From: Torpedo marmorata
Lineage: Eukaryota
Length of the DNA: 64,000 nt
Reading direction: 5' to 3'
NCBI GenBank assembly: GCA_977017645.1
Contig: OZ360249.1
Coordinates: 37,138,001-37,202,000, forward strand
Position 1 is the first letter of the stretch; each line of letters starts with the position of its first letter. Shown piece by piece: positions 37,820-49,419 of this stretch. The notes below the pieces were generated by a model. It did not search any database, was not told where the DNA came from, and was given only the letters and a program-made list of their open reading frames with translations. Position numbers and translations under genes: made by a program.

Positions 37820-38880
37820 TATTACCCTGAAGAAGTTCGCCTTTGTTCTCCGAAGGGAGTTCTGTGGGATTCTCTCTCACTGCTCCCCATCTGCAGCCCC
37901 TGCCGCTCTCAAGCTCTACGACCATGTACTCACCCAGACTCGATTCCACAGCCACGTTGCCTTCCTTGCTACTTGCCTCCGCCGGCATCTTGTGCCTCGT
38001 AGTTTCCAGCTTCGATTCCAGGCCTCGCAGTTTGGCCCTCGCAAGGACCTCAGGTACCTCCACAGCATCGACTGCTGCTCTCTCCGTTTCTCCCGACGAC
38101 TCTTCCGCACCACCCTCACCTCGATGCGGAGATACCAGCGGCAACTCGCCCTCTCCCTGCCACAGCTCCGGACCTCGCTGGCCGTGGCCCGCAGCGGACC
38201 CCTCCTATACTACATCCGCCGCCGGATCCACATGTTCAACCACCGGCTCTACACCCACCTAGCGTCCATCAAGAACCGTAAGCTTGCCTCCCTCGAGACT
38301 GCAGCCTCTGCGACCCTCTACGTGGATCCCCATCTCGGCCCCGGCCGCCTGCCCTCCAGAGCTCCCAATGCCGCGTCGGCCGACCCGAGCCTGGACCCCG
38401 TCCGCCAACTCACCGGAGCTCCCAACGCCATGGCCGCCGACCCGATCCCTGGCCCCAGCCGTCGGCTCACCGGAGCTCCCAACGCCACGGCCGCCCACTC
38501 CTACCCGCGCCCCGGGCGCCGACACGAAGGTACTCCCGACGCCACGGCCGCCCACTCCAGCCCGGGCTCCGAGCCTCTACTCACCAGAGCTCCCAATGCC
38601 TCCCACGCTGACTGCCACTGGAGTCCTCATCTCGCTACTGAATCCCACTTACCTATCCCCCTCACTATTCCTTCCCTATCCTCCTACACCTCTCCCTACT
38701 CCACCCCCATCTCCCCCTCTCTGCCCCCCTCTCCTCCCCAACCCTCAGACCTCACCCCCACCCCCGCTCTCTCTGGCTACCCTCCCTACCCCCTTCTCCC
38801 ACCCTCCTATCTCCCCCACCCCCCACCTCCCCCCCCTCCCCCCACCAACACTCCTCCTCCTCCCTCCAATCCCCGAGCAG
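37820..38880 (+). mobile_element. Penelope-like ORF N-terminal region with proline-rich ~57-60-nt repeats, 3'-truncated
   Basis: Open frame LKKF..LYDHVLTQTRFHSHVAFLATCLRRHLVPRSFQLRF, homologous to 9383-9560, which directly follows a Penelope-type tail. CpG-rich, with repeats gagctcccaacgccacggccgcc at ~38355-38610. Confidence 0.7.
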
Positions 38881-39733
38881 TCTGGAATTTCGGTCTTCTA
38901 CTGTAATATAGAGTTGAGCGCAGATGTCACCATGCGACATTTTATGCCAAGCCATGGGATTTGTTATTTAAACAATAAACCATTCTTTTCTCTTCAATAA
39001 TTCGTCCTAATGCAATATATTGAAGCTCTGGTAATCAAAGGAAATAATCCAAACATTATTAATAAATGGATCTCAGTTTCTCAGGGCTGCTAAGTGATTC
39101 AGTTTTGGGTAAATACAATACGGTTACTGTGCTGAAAATAATCTTTTCACTTCACAAGCAGCTTCACTTGTCTATTTTTTAAAAAACGGTACCAGAAATA
39201 GAATTTGTTGTCACATAACCTGTTGCCTGCAATTCTTTTTGGTTTTTGGTTGCTTTAATTTGGTAATAAATAGTCCGACGAGTGAAAATTAATTTTAATT
39301 TGCAAGCTATTCATGGAGGAAGTTTAGAAGGTGCCTTGTTCAGAATGAAGAAGCTTTTCTTTCCCCAAAGTAATGAATGAGGGTATAACCAATTCCCTTG
39401 GACTGCACCTTTTGAGTAGGGACTAACATCATCATTTATTTGGACTGTTTTACCATATAAGATCATTTACTTCCAGCAAGCACCCTATATCCAGAGTATT
39501 CAAGAGTGTCTTTGCCACTGAAGGCATTAAAATAACCGTAATTGTGTCCATGACATTGCTTAAGTGAGCAGGTAGTTTTGGCCTCAATACGTAGGAGTAG
39601 AAATCACAAGGGACACAAACAGCAAACACAAGCCGCAAACAGGCCGAGTCGAGTCGTGGGTCCGTAATTTTCCAACGGTAATATCTCATGATCCACAGGA
39701 GTCCTTCAACACTGCTACAATTTCACCTTTTGG

Positions 39734-39980
39734 AACGGTTAGCGAGGCAGTTAGCGCAACGCTGTTACAGCGCCAGTGATTGGGACCAGGGTTTGAATCA
39801 AGCACTGTCTGTAAGGAATTTGTACGTTCTCCCCGTGTCTGCGTGGGTTTCCTCAAGGGGCTCCGGTTTCCTCCCACTGTTCGAAACGTACCGGGGGGTT
39901 GTAAGTCAATTGGGTATAATTGGGCGGCAGGGGCTCGTGGGCCAAAATGGCCTGTTACCATGCTGTATGTCTAAATAAAT
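39734..39980 (+). mobile_element. V-SINE (HE1-like)
   Basis: Head acggttagcg..gttagcgcaacgctgttacagcgccag, V domain and CR1-like tail. Confidence 0.92.
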
Positions 39981-40068
39981 TTGACTCCCTGGGAGTTCTT
40001 TCACTAATATTTCATTACTTAATGTTTGCTCTGTACAGACATTAATATATAAAAGGGGATAGGATATA

Positions 40069-40273
40069 CAATGAAACCCCCAGTATCCGCCACCTATGGG
40101 GATTGGTAGCTGCCAGATAAGTGAATTTTCCGGTTTCTTGAGATTGCATGTTGCGTGGATTGGCAAACTGACCGCTAGGGGCGTCAATTCTAAACGTTCG
40201 TATTGTTTACCTGTTTATTTTCTGTGGTTTTTTTTGCCGGTTGCTTGAATTCCAGATAATGGGGATTTTACTG
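40069..40273. mobile_element. Tigger/pogo-like MITE
   Basis: ta-caatgaaacccccagtatcc ... gataatggggattttactg-ta. Confidence 0.75.
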
Positions 40274-40639
40274 TAATTTAAAAATTCTTGAAATGGAAAG
40301 GTTTATCATGTAAATATATTCACTGTCTAAGCAGTATTAATGACAAGGAAGAGCAACATTTGACCCTCAAAGACTTCCTGGTAGCTTAACATGCTTTCAG
40401 TCCTGGTAACCTGAAGTCATCCAGGCAAATCTGGAGTGGCACTTCAGTGATCAGAGATGCCTTGACTTAACAATGAAGGCTTGTGGCCCAGTTGTTGATT
40501 TAAAGTGAACAGGAAAGGTTGGGGATTACTAAACTGAGCTCAAACTCCTCTTAGCAAACCTTACAAATTATTATTTATTAGCCAGCATCACTTCTGAATT
40601 ATTAAAGAAAGGGGGCTTAAAGAAAGGAAACCAGCTGCT

Positions 40640-40778
40640 CCTGTTTCCTCCCACATTCCAAAGATGTACGGGATCAGTAGGTTAATTGGTCACATGGGTG
40701 TATTTGGGCGGCGCGGACTCATGAGCTGGAAGGGCCTGTTACCATGCTGTATCTCTAAATTTAAAAAGAAAATTAAAA
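40640..40778 (+). mobile_element. V-SINE 3' half
   Basis: ctcctgtttcctcccacattccaaaga...gaagggcctgttaccatgctgtatctctaaa. Confidence 0.85.
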
Positions 40779-41682
40779 ATGAAAATATACTAGACACTAA
40801 CCCCTTAATATTAAAAAAAAGTTTCTACACCTTGGCTTCTTTTAGTCTAAAAATACCAATGGCAAAACAGGTGAGCTCTCCTTCAGACATATTCACGTTG
40901 TACCTCATAACACAGGACCCAGACTTTGCAGGAGGATGGTGTATTTATGGGAGAAAACTTCCTCATTGTTGTCGATGCTCACTCTAAATGGCCAGTGGTA
41001 TCCCACATGAAAAAAACAACAACAAACCAGACCATTGAAAGACTACGAAGTATATTTGCGTTATATGAATTGCCTATTGAACTGGTTTCCGATAATGGTC
41101 CACAGTTTGTATTGGATGCTTTTAAAGTATTCCTACGTAATAATAATATTCGACATGTCTTATCTGCACCCTACCACCCCAGCACTAATGGAGAAGCTGA
41201 ACGTTTTGTGCAGACTTTCAAAAAAGCCATGAAAACTAAAAAACTCCTAAACACATCATGGAATCACAAAATCGCAGATTTCCTATTAGGATATAGAAAC
41301 ACGCCCCACTCTACAACCAAAAGAACACCGGCTGAATTAATGTTTGGACGTAACTTAAGAACAAGACTTTCCACAGTACATCCGAACATCGGCCTTCACA
41401 TACAGCAATCCACGTCTCCAAGTAAACCTACCAGATCTCTGGAAGTGAGAGAGCGAGTACTGGTACGGGATAACCGAGACTCCAAAGAGCCGTGGATAAG
41501 AGGGGTTATTCTTAAAAAACTAAGTCCCTGTTCTTATTCTATACTGGTGGGAACTAAAATATGGAAACGACACATCGACCAGTTAAGAGCAGTAGATGAT
41601 CCTATGGCCATGCCTTCGGCTCAAGATCCCGATGAGCTTCCAGATGAAATTCCCTGGGCTCCAGAAATATCCGTGAAAAGGG

Positions 41683-41830
41683 AGACCCCTCCTCAACCAA
41701 GTAGCCCTCAACGGACCCCTCCTCAACCAAGTAGCCCTCAACAGACCCCTCCTCAACCAAGTAGCCCTCAACGGACCCCTCCTCAACCAAGTAGCCCTTA
41801 ACAGACCAGTCCTCCTCAACAACCCAGTCC
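41683..41830 (+). repeat. 30-bp tandem repeat (4 near-perfect units plus degenerate ones) encoding TPPQPSSPQR
   Basis: gacccctcctcaaccaagtagccctcaacg repeated. Confidence 0.95.
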
Positions 41831-42129
41831 TATACAGCAGCCGAGTGAGGTTCGCCAAAGATCAAGTTCACAGTCCTTGCCACCAACCAAGGTACCACCT
41901 CAAAAGGCGAAGAGTCCGCAAAATATCCCGACAGAGTCGACCTCTCTGAGACGATCAAAACGGGAAAAACGTCCGCCAGAACGACTGAAAGAATATGTTC
42001 AGTAACTTAACATTTTATCATTTTAATACTTGTTACATTGTAATTGTAATCACCATTAGTCTAGAGGCACCATGTATTACGCTTAAATACTGCACCCACA
42101 CATAGTTATTGCAGTTTATTATAAATACT

Positions 42130-42137
<8 letters not shown>

Positions 42138-42173
<36 letters not shown>
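42138..42173. repeat. (TA)n microsatellite
   Basis: Read directly from the sequence. Confidence 0.98.
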
Positions 42174-42177
<4 letters not shown>

Positions 42178-42759
42178 CAAACATTTATTTTGTGGCGGGG
42201 AAGAGTGTTATGTATACGCCTACAGGCGTATGACGTCATCACATCAACGTGATGACGTTCTGACTGATATATACTGTGTGTGGCGGGAGAACCATTTTTC
42301 AGATTTGTATTAAATGACTAACGAAGCATCATGCCTTTGTCTGCAGTGTATTTCTTAACATAGAATACATGTCAGAACCCTTGTTTTTTTTTGGTTTGTT
42401 TTACTTATCCTTCAGGTTGTAAAAACTTTGGCCTGTATAGTTCTGGTAGAATGAGCTAGTAATAGCACATGAAGGCATAGGACACACACGTCTTTGAAGA
42501 GCAATGGATGGAACCGACAATCTCTCATTTGAACAGAAGAACATAAAGGAATAGAAGCAGGAGGAGAGCATTTGGGTCCTCGTTCATGTTCAACCATCAG
42601 TACGACTGGGACACTAATCATAAAATGTTTTGATTTAGCATGGAATATCACGTGGATGTGGTAATCAAGGTTCCGAATTGCACAAGACAAATTTCATTGG
42701 ACTGAAAAGTGATTTAAGCACAGAACAGGAACAGTACAATAGAAGATAAATTAGGTGGA

Positions 42760-43130
42760 GATAACCAAGAAAATCTGCAGATGCCCTGGTCGAGTGCAGT
42801 GCACAAAAGTGCGGGAGAAACTCAGCGTCCATAGGAAATAAAAGGCAGTCAATGATTCAGGCCTGAGCCCTTCATCAGGAATCCTGGTAAAACAGGTAAA
42901 CGTCTGAATAAAAAAGGTGGGGGCTGGAGGGTGGAGGGAGGAAAGGGAAGGGGGAGGAGCACAGGCTAACATGTAATGGAGAGGGCAGAGGGCTAAGAAG
43001 CGTAGCTCTCTGATAGGAAGGGAAGAGGCTGGGAAGCTGGAGGAAAGGAGACAGAGGAGTAGCAAAGAGAGACACAGGGGAGAAGATAGTATCAGAGCAA
43101 AGGAGAAGCAGAAAAGATGGCGAATCAAGG
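42760..43130 (-). mobile_element. Penelope-like terminal repeat with canonical CUGAUGA hammerhead core
   Basis: The minus strand at 42851-42878 reads ctgatgaagggctcaggcctgaatcatt. Confidence 0.75.
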
Positions 43131-43289
43131 GGGCCAGGGTGAATATGATCTCGTAAAAGAAAAGGGCAGTACTACCAGATCTAAAGCCTGCTGGTAAACA
43201 AGAAGAGGGCCAGGCAAGAAAAGGTGGGGGGACATTGTGTCAGACACTGAAAGCTTATGCACTGAAATACAACATTTCCATCAATTTCT

Positions 43290-43380
43290 GCATACAGAAT
43301 GATTTTGGGAATTCTCCCAACATTGATCCGTTGCATATGCCCAAATCTTTGAACGCAATGGTTGCAAACCAAGAGAAGCG
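43290..43380 (-). mobile_element. RTE-clade LINE remnant
   Basis: RFGHMQRINVGRIPKIILYAEI resembles the RTE C-terminal motif. Confidence 0.55.
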
Positions 43381-43665
43381 ATTAAACAGTTTCAGTATTC
43401 TTTACCTTTGACATAGGTAAGGGGCACCGGGCAATGCTAATGCCGAATCTTTGTCTGCCTTATGGCAGAATAAAGGTAATTTCATGTAATACTACATTTC
43501 TGCTTTATTACATGACAATAAATAGTATCTGATCTGATTCTGAACATACTTTGGAAAGCTAGCCTCAAAATTTGACATCCTTGATCATGCACGGATCAGT
43601 AATCAATTCTAATTAACACCACGTGTTAATCATTGACAGTAGGCATAGATTTGTCAAAGAAATAA

Positions 43666-44050
43666 TGAACCATAGAACACTACAGCACAGAAACATGCCA
43701 CTTGGCCCTTCTAGTCTGTGCTGTACCTCGTTCCACTGACCTGCACCCGAACCATCTCCCTCCACACCCCTACCGTTCATGTACCTGACCAAATTTTTCT
43801 TTAAATTCAAAATTTAGCCTGCATTTACCAGTTCAGCTGGTAACTCGTTCCACACTCCTACCACTCTCTGTGTGAAGAAGTTCCCCCTCACGTCCCATTT
43901 TAACATTTCATCTTTCACTCTTAAGCCACGTCCTTTAGTTTGTATCTCACCTAACCTCAGTGGAAAAAGCCTGCTTGCATTTACTCTGTCTACACCCCTC
44001 ATCATTTTATATTTCTATTAAATCTCTGCTCATTCTTCTATGCTCCAGAG
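43666..44050 (-). mobile_element. CR1 3' end
   Basis: MRGVDRVNASRLFPLRLGE..RGNFFTQRVVGVWNELP. Confidence 0.9.
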
Positions 44051-44085
44051 ATCTGATAAATTATTATGGGATTGTTTTATATATT

Positions 44086-44528
44086 GAGTGAAACACGAAA
44101 TTCTGCAGACGCTGTGATTGTAGTACAAACACACAGAAATGCTGGAGGGAACTCAGCCGGTCTCGCAGGAGATGCTCCACTTGCGCCCACACCTCCTCCT
44201 TCAGCACCATTCGGGGCCCCAAACAGTCCTTCCAAGTGAGGCAACATTTCACTTGTGAATCTGCAGGGGTCATATACTGCATCCGGTGCTCCCGTTGTGG
44301 TCTCCTCTACATCGGAGAGACTAGGCGCAGACTGGGAGATCATTTGTTGAGCACCTCTGCTCTGTCCGACGCAATAGCGTGGATTTCCCAGTGGCCACCC
44401 ATTTCAATTCCCCGCCCCATTTCAATTCCGCGTCCAATTCCCTTGCTGACATGTCTGTCCATGACTTCATGCACTGCCAGACTGAGACCACCCGAAAATT
44501 GGAGGAACAACACCTCATCTTCCAACTG
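44086..44528 (+). mobile_element. Penelope GIY-YIG endonuclease fragment preceded by an inverted terminal-repeat tail
   Basis: FTCESAGVIYCIRCSRCGLLYIGETRRRLGD, PVATHFN, RKLEEQHLIF; 44086-44168 is the repeat tail on the minus strand. Confidence 0.92.
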
Positions 44529-44664
44529 ACCACCTCATGGCTGTCGTGTAAGCTCAGTCAGCCTTCCCTGTGCATAAGAAGTGAATGAAGGAAGGTCCTG
44601 TTAAGCAGAAAATGGCCATTCTTTGGCACCGTTTTGAATTTAAACATTCTTGCATCCATGTGCG

Positions 44665-44920
44665 GATGGCACGGTTAGTGTAGCAGTTAGCGCAACACTG
44701 TTACAGCGCCAGCGATCGGGACTAGGGTTCGAATCCCGCGCTGTCCGTAAGGAGTTTGTACGTTTTCCCTGTGTCTGCGTGGGTTTTCCCTAGGGGCTCC
44801 AGTTTCCTCCCACCCTTCAAATGTACCTGGGGTGTAGGTCAATTGGATGGCACTGGCTTGTGGGCCAAAAGGGCCTGTTACCATGTATAAATTAAAAAAA
44901 AAAAAAATTAAATTTAAATT
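44665..44920 (+). mobile_element. V-SINE (HE1-like)
   Basis: B box ggttcgaatccc, V domain and tail. Confidence 0.92.
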
Positions 44921-45534
44921 CATGGAAAATCACATGGTAATCAAACAACCAGTAAAAAGCTTAATCATCTTAATGTTCAATTTTTTTCATCTATTGTTTG
45001 CTTACCATTTGGTTACTTTTAGGTGAATTTGCTGAATGGTGCCAGAGAGTGGTGACTTTGTGCAGCCTACCTGGATAGCATGCATAATTAAGCTTCTCCC
45101 TGTATCCCTGCGCATCTGACAATAATCTAAAGAACCATGTGCATAGGTTATGGTTGCACACCGGATCCAGTACTCAGTCCAAAGCTTCCCATTAATAACC
45201 CAAACTCAAGAAGACTGCTGTGCACTATATAGAGTGTAGTCGGGAGCTGCAAGCAATTTGCGATGGATGCATTTTTACAGGTCAGGTGACTCATGGTGTG
45301 GCAGCTTTCAGCAACGAGGCATTAGAGCTTGCATTGATATCAGGGAAGAGTTGTGGAGAGTGTGGTGATTTATCATCGCATGGTAAGTGCATTCTTATAA
45401 CACTGGAAAAGATAGTTCAGTGTAATCCGAAACAAATCATTTGGAAATGATTAATGCACGTTATATTAGAATCTATTCTGACCCAGAATTTCCTGGAAAG
45501 TTGCATGGTTTAACACTCCCTCTGTAGCAAATGT

Positions 45535-45776
45535 AAAGGTGAAGGTTCCATTATTGTCACGTAATACTACATTTAGAATGTAGCATACATGAAATTCTTT
45601 AATTTTTGTCTACCGTAAGGCAGACAGAGTGTCGCTACTTTGTCCAGCGTCACAGAAACCTACAGCACCTGGTGTTCCTAGGCGGTCTCCCCTCCAAGTA
45701 CTGACCAGTCCTGTGCCTGCTTAGCTTCTGAGATCTGACAATCCCAGTCGTATTCAGGCTATTGGTGCTGTGCAAC
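45535..45776 (-). mobile_element. 5S rRNA-derived SINE candidate (5S-like head 45656-45776 plus ~120-nt LINE-like tail)
   Basis: The minus strand reads cctgaatacg..gatctcagaagctaagcagg..tggtcagtacttggaggggagaccgcctaggaacaccaggtgctgtaggttt, matching vertebrate 5S. The tail recurs at 46885-46962. Confidence 0.8.
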
Positions 45777-45804
45777 TAACCCAGCAGTTATGCAAGGATG
45801 AGAT

Positions 45805-46042
45805 TTTAAATAAATATTTGGACATACAGTATGGTAACAGGCCCTTCTGGCCCACGAGCCCGTGCTGCCCAAATACACCTATTAACTTACAAACCCTATA
45901 CGTTTTTGGAGGGAGGAAACTGGAGCACCCAGAGGAAACCCATATAGGTCACAGGGAGAACTTACAGACAGCGGCGGATTCAAACCCAGGTCGCTGGCGC
46001 TGTAATAGCATTGTGATAACCGTTACATTAACCGTTCCACCC
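45805..46042 (-). mobile_element. V-SINE
   Basis: Reverse match to the 44665 copy. Confidence 0.88.
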
Positions 46043-46364
46043 GATGTGTGGTGAATTATCACAATTTACTGAATCATTTGTGGGAACTATTGACAGCCTC
46101 ATGAAAAGAGTAGCCCATCTTCAGCCACACTCCCCTCCCAAATTTTAACCAGTAGCTGAATTTGCATTATTAAAATGAATTAAACATGTAACTGAAAATG
46201 AATGCATGCCTTAGAACATGAAGAGCTGTCACAATGTGATATTTTTGTTTTTGCATTTGTCTGGTCTGGAGATTGAATGATTGGCACTCTGCTGTACATC
46301 TCTATCAGGTGAGTGGCATCTGGGTGTTTTAAAGTTTTAGAATTATAGATCATTTACAGCAGAG

Positions 46365-46865
46365 ATAGAACATAGAACATTACCGCACAGTACAGGCCCT
46401 TTGGCCCACGATGTGCTGCTGACCTATGTAAACCTGCTCCACAACAATCCAAAATTTCCCTACCTCACACCCATAACCATCTACTTTTCTTACATCCATG
46501 TGCCTAAGAGTTTTTTGAATGTACCTACTGTACCAACCTCCACCACCTCCTCCCACAATGCATTCCAGGCACCCACCACTTTCTGTGTAAAAAAAAACAT
46601 ATCTCCCCTAAACTTTCTTCCACTCACCTTAAACAGATGTCCTCTGGTACTTTCTATTGTCGCTCCAGGAAAATGGTGTTGACTGTCCACCCTATCTAAA
46701 CCCCTCATCATCTTGTATACCTCTATTAAATGGAATCATTCTGGTCAGCAAAGAAGCTACAAGTAGCAGAGTGCTGATGTGGGAACAGAGGTAGGGAGGG
46801 AAGAATCAATGGAGAGGTGATGGGTTCTGAATGCAAGTTTAGGTGGGAAAAGTTAAGGGTTGCAA
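46365..46865 (-). mobile_element. CR1 3' end joined to a ~135-nt non-CR1 segment (same composite at 54256-54748)
   Basis: MRGLDRVDSQHHFPG..TRGHLFKV..FTQKVVGAWNAL; identical junction in the second copy. Confidence 0.8.
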
Positions 46866-47257
46866 TTAGCTGATAGAGGCCATTAGACAAAAATTAAAGA
46901 ATTTCATGTATGTTACATTCTAAATGTAGTATTACGTGACAATAATGGAACCTTTACCTTTAAACCCATCATGTTTGCTTTGGTTGAGAGAAACCCGAGT
47001 GTGATCCCAGCCCTCAGCCGTTCTGCATTGCTTCTTGCTTCACAGCCAGTTTAAGATCCAGCTTGCCATGCTGATTTGAATAAGATGGTTAATATTTTTG
47101 GCCAGCTGACATGTGTGACCTTGTGACAAGCTTTGCTGAAATTCATAGACTACATCAAAGGCACTGCCTTCATTGACTCTCCTTGCCACTCTAAATGACT
47201 TATTATGATGGGTATAGATTCCAGATTTTGAACTCTGGAACCTACAATATATAAAAT

Positions 47258-47705
47258 AGTAAAAACACACAGAAATGTGGAGGAACTCAGCCGGTCTCGC
47301 AATGTCCATGGGAGGTAAAGATATCTTACCGACGTTTCAGGCCTGAGACCTTCTTCAACGTGTAAGCAAGAAAACAGGAAAGCATCTGCATAAAGACTGG
47401 AGACTGGAGAGAGAAAGGGGGAAGAATGGGAGGGGGAGGCATCCAGACCAACAGCCAAAACGTGCTAATTGGATACGATAAGAGGAAAAGTGAGAATTGA
47501 TTTTGGCTCTGTGAAAGGAGACAGAGGGAAAAGGGAAGAGAGAAAGGCAGAGACAGAGGCGGGGGAAAGGCGACAGGGGGAAGAAGAAGGAGGGGGTTTA
47601 ACAGAAACCGGAGAAGTCGATATTAATGCCATCAACCCAGATGGAAGATGAGGTTTTCTTCCTCCAATTTTCGGGTGGTCTCAGTCTGGCAGTGCATGAG
47701 GTCAT
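47258..47705 (-). mobile_element. Penelope 3' end (GIY-YIG C-terminus plus terminal repeat with hammerhead motif)
   Basis: 47640-47705 is homologous to 44460-44525; motif at 47331-47358. Confidence 0.85.
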
Positions 47706-47981
47706 GTAACAGGAGCTGGCCTCTGATGGTCCCAGCCCCAAATCACCAAGGTCCCAGCCTCAAATCACCCTTGTCATCTTTTGACAGTGCACTGCTGCTG
47801 TCAAAGATCTTTTAATTATTTTGAAGTGCTTTTCATGATCTGTGTCACTTTAACAAGTCAATTCATTCCAATGAACCAAAAAATAAAAAATCCTAAATAA
47901 GATGTAAAAGCACCTAAAGTTCTCAAAACTATTCAAAAACAATAAGATTAAGTGGAGTAATGCAATGTAAAGTGACGGAAA

Positions 47982-48370
47982 AGGGGAGAATGATAGAAGT
48001 TTATAAAATTATGGTAGGCTTAGATAGGATAGACAGTCAGAATCTTTCTGCCAGGGTAATAATGTCAAATATGAGAGGACATGCATTGAAGGTGAGGGGG
48101 GAAAGTTTAAAGGAGATGTGCAGGGCATTTTCATCTTTTTTTCTATACACAGGGAGTGGTGGGTGCCTGGAATGCATTACTGGGGGTGGTGGTAGAGACT
48201 GATACAATAGGGACATTTAAAGGACTCATCAATAGGCATATGGATGTAAGAAAAATAAAGGGTTATGGGCCATGAGGGAGTGAAGGATTAGATTGATTTA
48301 GGAGTAGGTTTATATAGGTTGGCACAACATCCTGAGCCAAAGGACCCCTACTGTGCTGTCCCGTTCTAAA
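47982..48370 (+). mobile_element. CR1 3' end
   Basis: MIEVYKIMVGLDRIDSQNL..RGHALKVRG. Confidence 0.85.
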
Positions 48371-49179
48371 TTCTTTATAAATATTTGTAATCCAAGTACT
48401 AATGTGCAAAAGGACATAGGGGAATTCCTCAGCCCTGTCTCTCCACAAACACCCAGACTATGCTGACAGGATTCAAGCGCCAGACCTCCCAAACCCACGG
48501 TTGCGTCCACACACCTGATCCTCTGCAACTGGTAATAAAGTGGAAATAATCCACACCATAAACCAAGAAATGCATAATCTGCACTGGACATAAAAATATT
48601 ATGAGTCCTCTTCTTCTTGATGAAACCAGATTCGGCAGTATGGTTGATAACCAGGGGGAAAAGGTCCGGATTGCATGAAGAGATCTGGTGCAGTGGCCAA
48701 GACTCATTTGGTATACTCGCCCTTTTGGCCGAGGAGCTGAATACAGAAGTACAAAGGCCAAGTAAGAAGTAGTTAAAATACTAGTTATGCCACTGTCAGA
48801 GTAATGTGTAGAGTTTTTGATCACCGTGGTGATATCACTTGAGAGGATGCAGATTCCTAGTGAGATACAGTCCAGAAACAGGCCTTTTAGCTCACTGATT
48901 CCACACTAACCTTAAATCACACATTTATTTATTTTTTATCAACTCCCCCCCAAATGCTACCACTCACCTGTACACCAGAGACAACTTGCAGAGGTCAGTT
49001 GGTGTCTTTAGGATGTGGGAGTAAAATGAAGCGCCCAGTAGAAATCTACAGGGAGAATATACAAACTTCACACACACATACACCTCCTGAGGTCAGGATT
49101 GAACCCGGGTCTCTGGTGTCGTGCCCCAGTGGCTCTACCGGATTCACCACTCTACTGCCCTACAGATGAGATCAATCAG

Positions 49180-49412
49180 TGGGCGGCAAAGTTAGCATAG
49201 TGGTTAGCGCGACGCCATTACAGTGCCAGCGACCTGCGTTCGAATCCGGAGCTGCCTGTAAGGAGTTTGTGTGTTGTCCCTGTGACCTCCCTGCATCTGG
49301 GTGCTCCCACCCTTCAAAAGATACAGGTTGTAGATTAATTGGGTGTAATTGGGCGGCACGCGCTTCATTGGCTGGAATCGGCTTCCACCATGTTGAAAAT
49401 TTTTTTAAAATT
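49180..49412 (+). mobile_element. V-SINE
   Basis: Head ggcggcaaagttagcatagtggttagcgc and B box gttcgaatcc. Confidence 0.85.
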
Positions 49413-49419
49413 AAAGGAC

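Larger units (their letters stand above)
40888..42360 (+). mobile_element. Gypsy LTR retrotransposon 3' portion: integrase, PPT and 3' LTR
   Basis: DFAG..FLIVVDAHSKWP, LVSDNGPQF, APYHPSTNGEAERFVQTFK, YRNTPH, WKRHIDQL. PPT ggcggggaagag is followed by the LTR tgtta..taaca at 42206-42360. Confidence 0.92.

Noticed and set aside
37820-37840. Non-AUG (CUG) start for the Penelope ORF at accCTGaag
   Set aside because: The homologous copy at 9383 has an in-frame ATG three codons upstream (MPTLKKF).
41683-41800. CRISPR-like array
   Set aside because: Head-to-tail 30-bp units without unique spacers, inside a Gypsy ORF in eukaryotic DNA.
44665-44745. tRNA genes at SINE heads (also 30838, 39734, 62122)
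   Set aside because: They run into the V domain and CR1-like tail, so they are SINE heads.
45656-45776. Functional 5S rRNA gene
   Set aside because: Diverged 5' end, single copy, no clear T-run terminator, and fused to a repeat tail.
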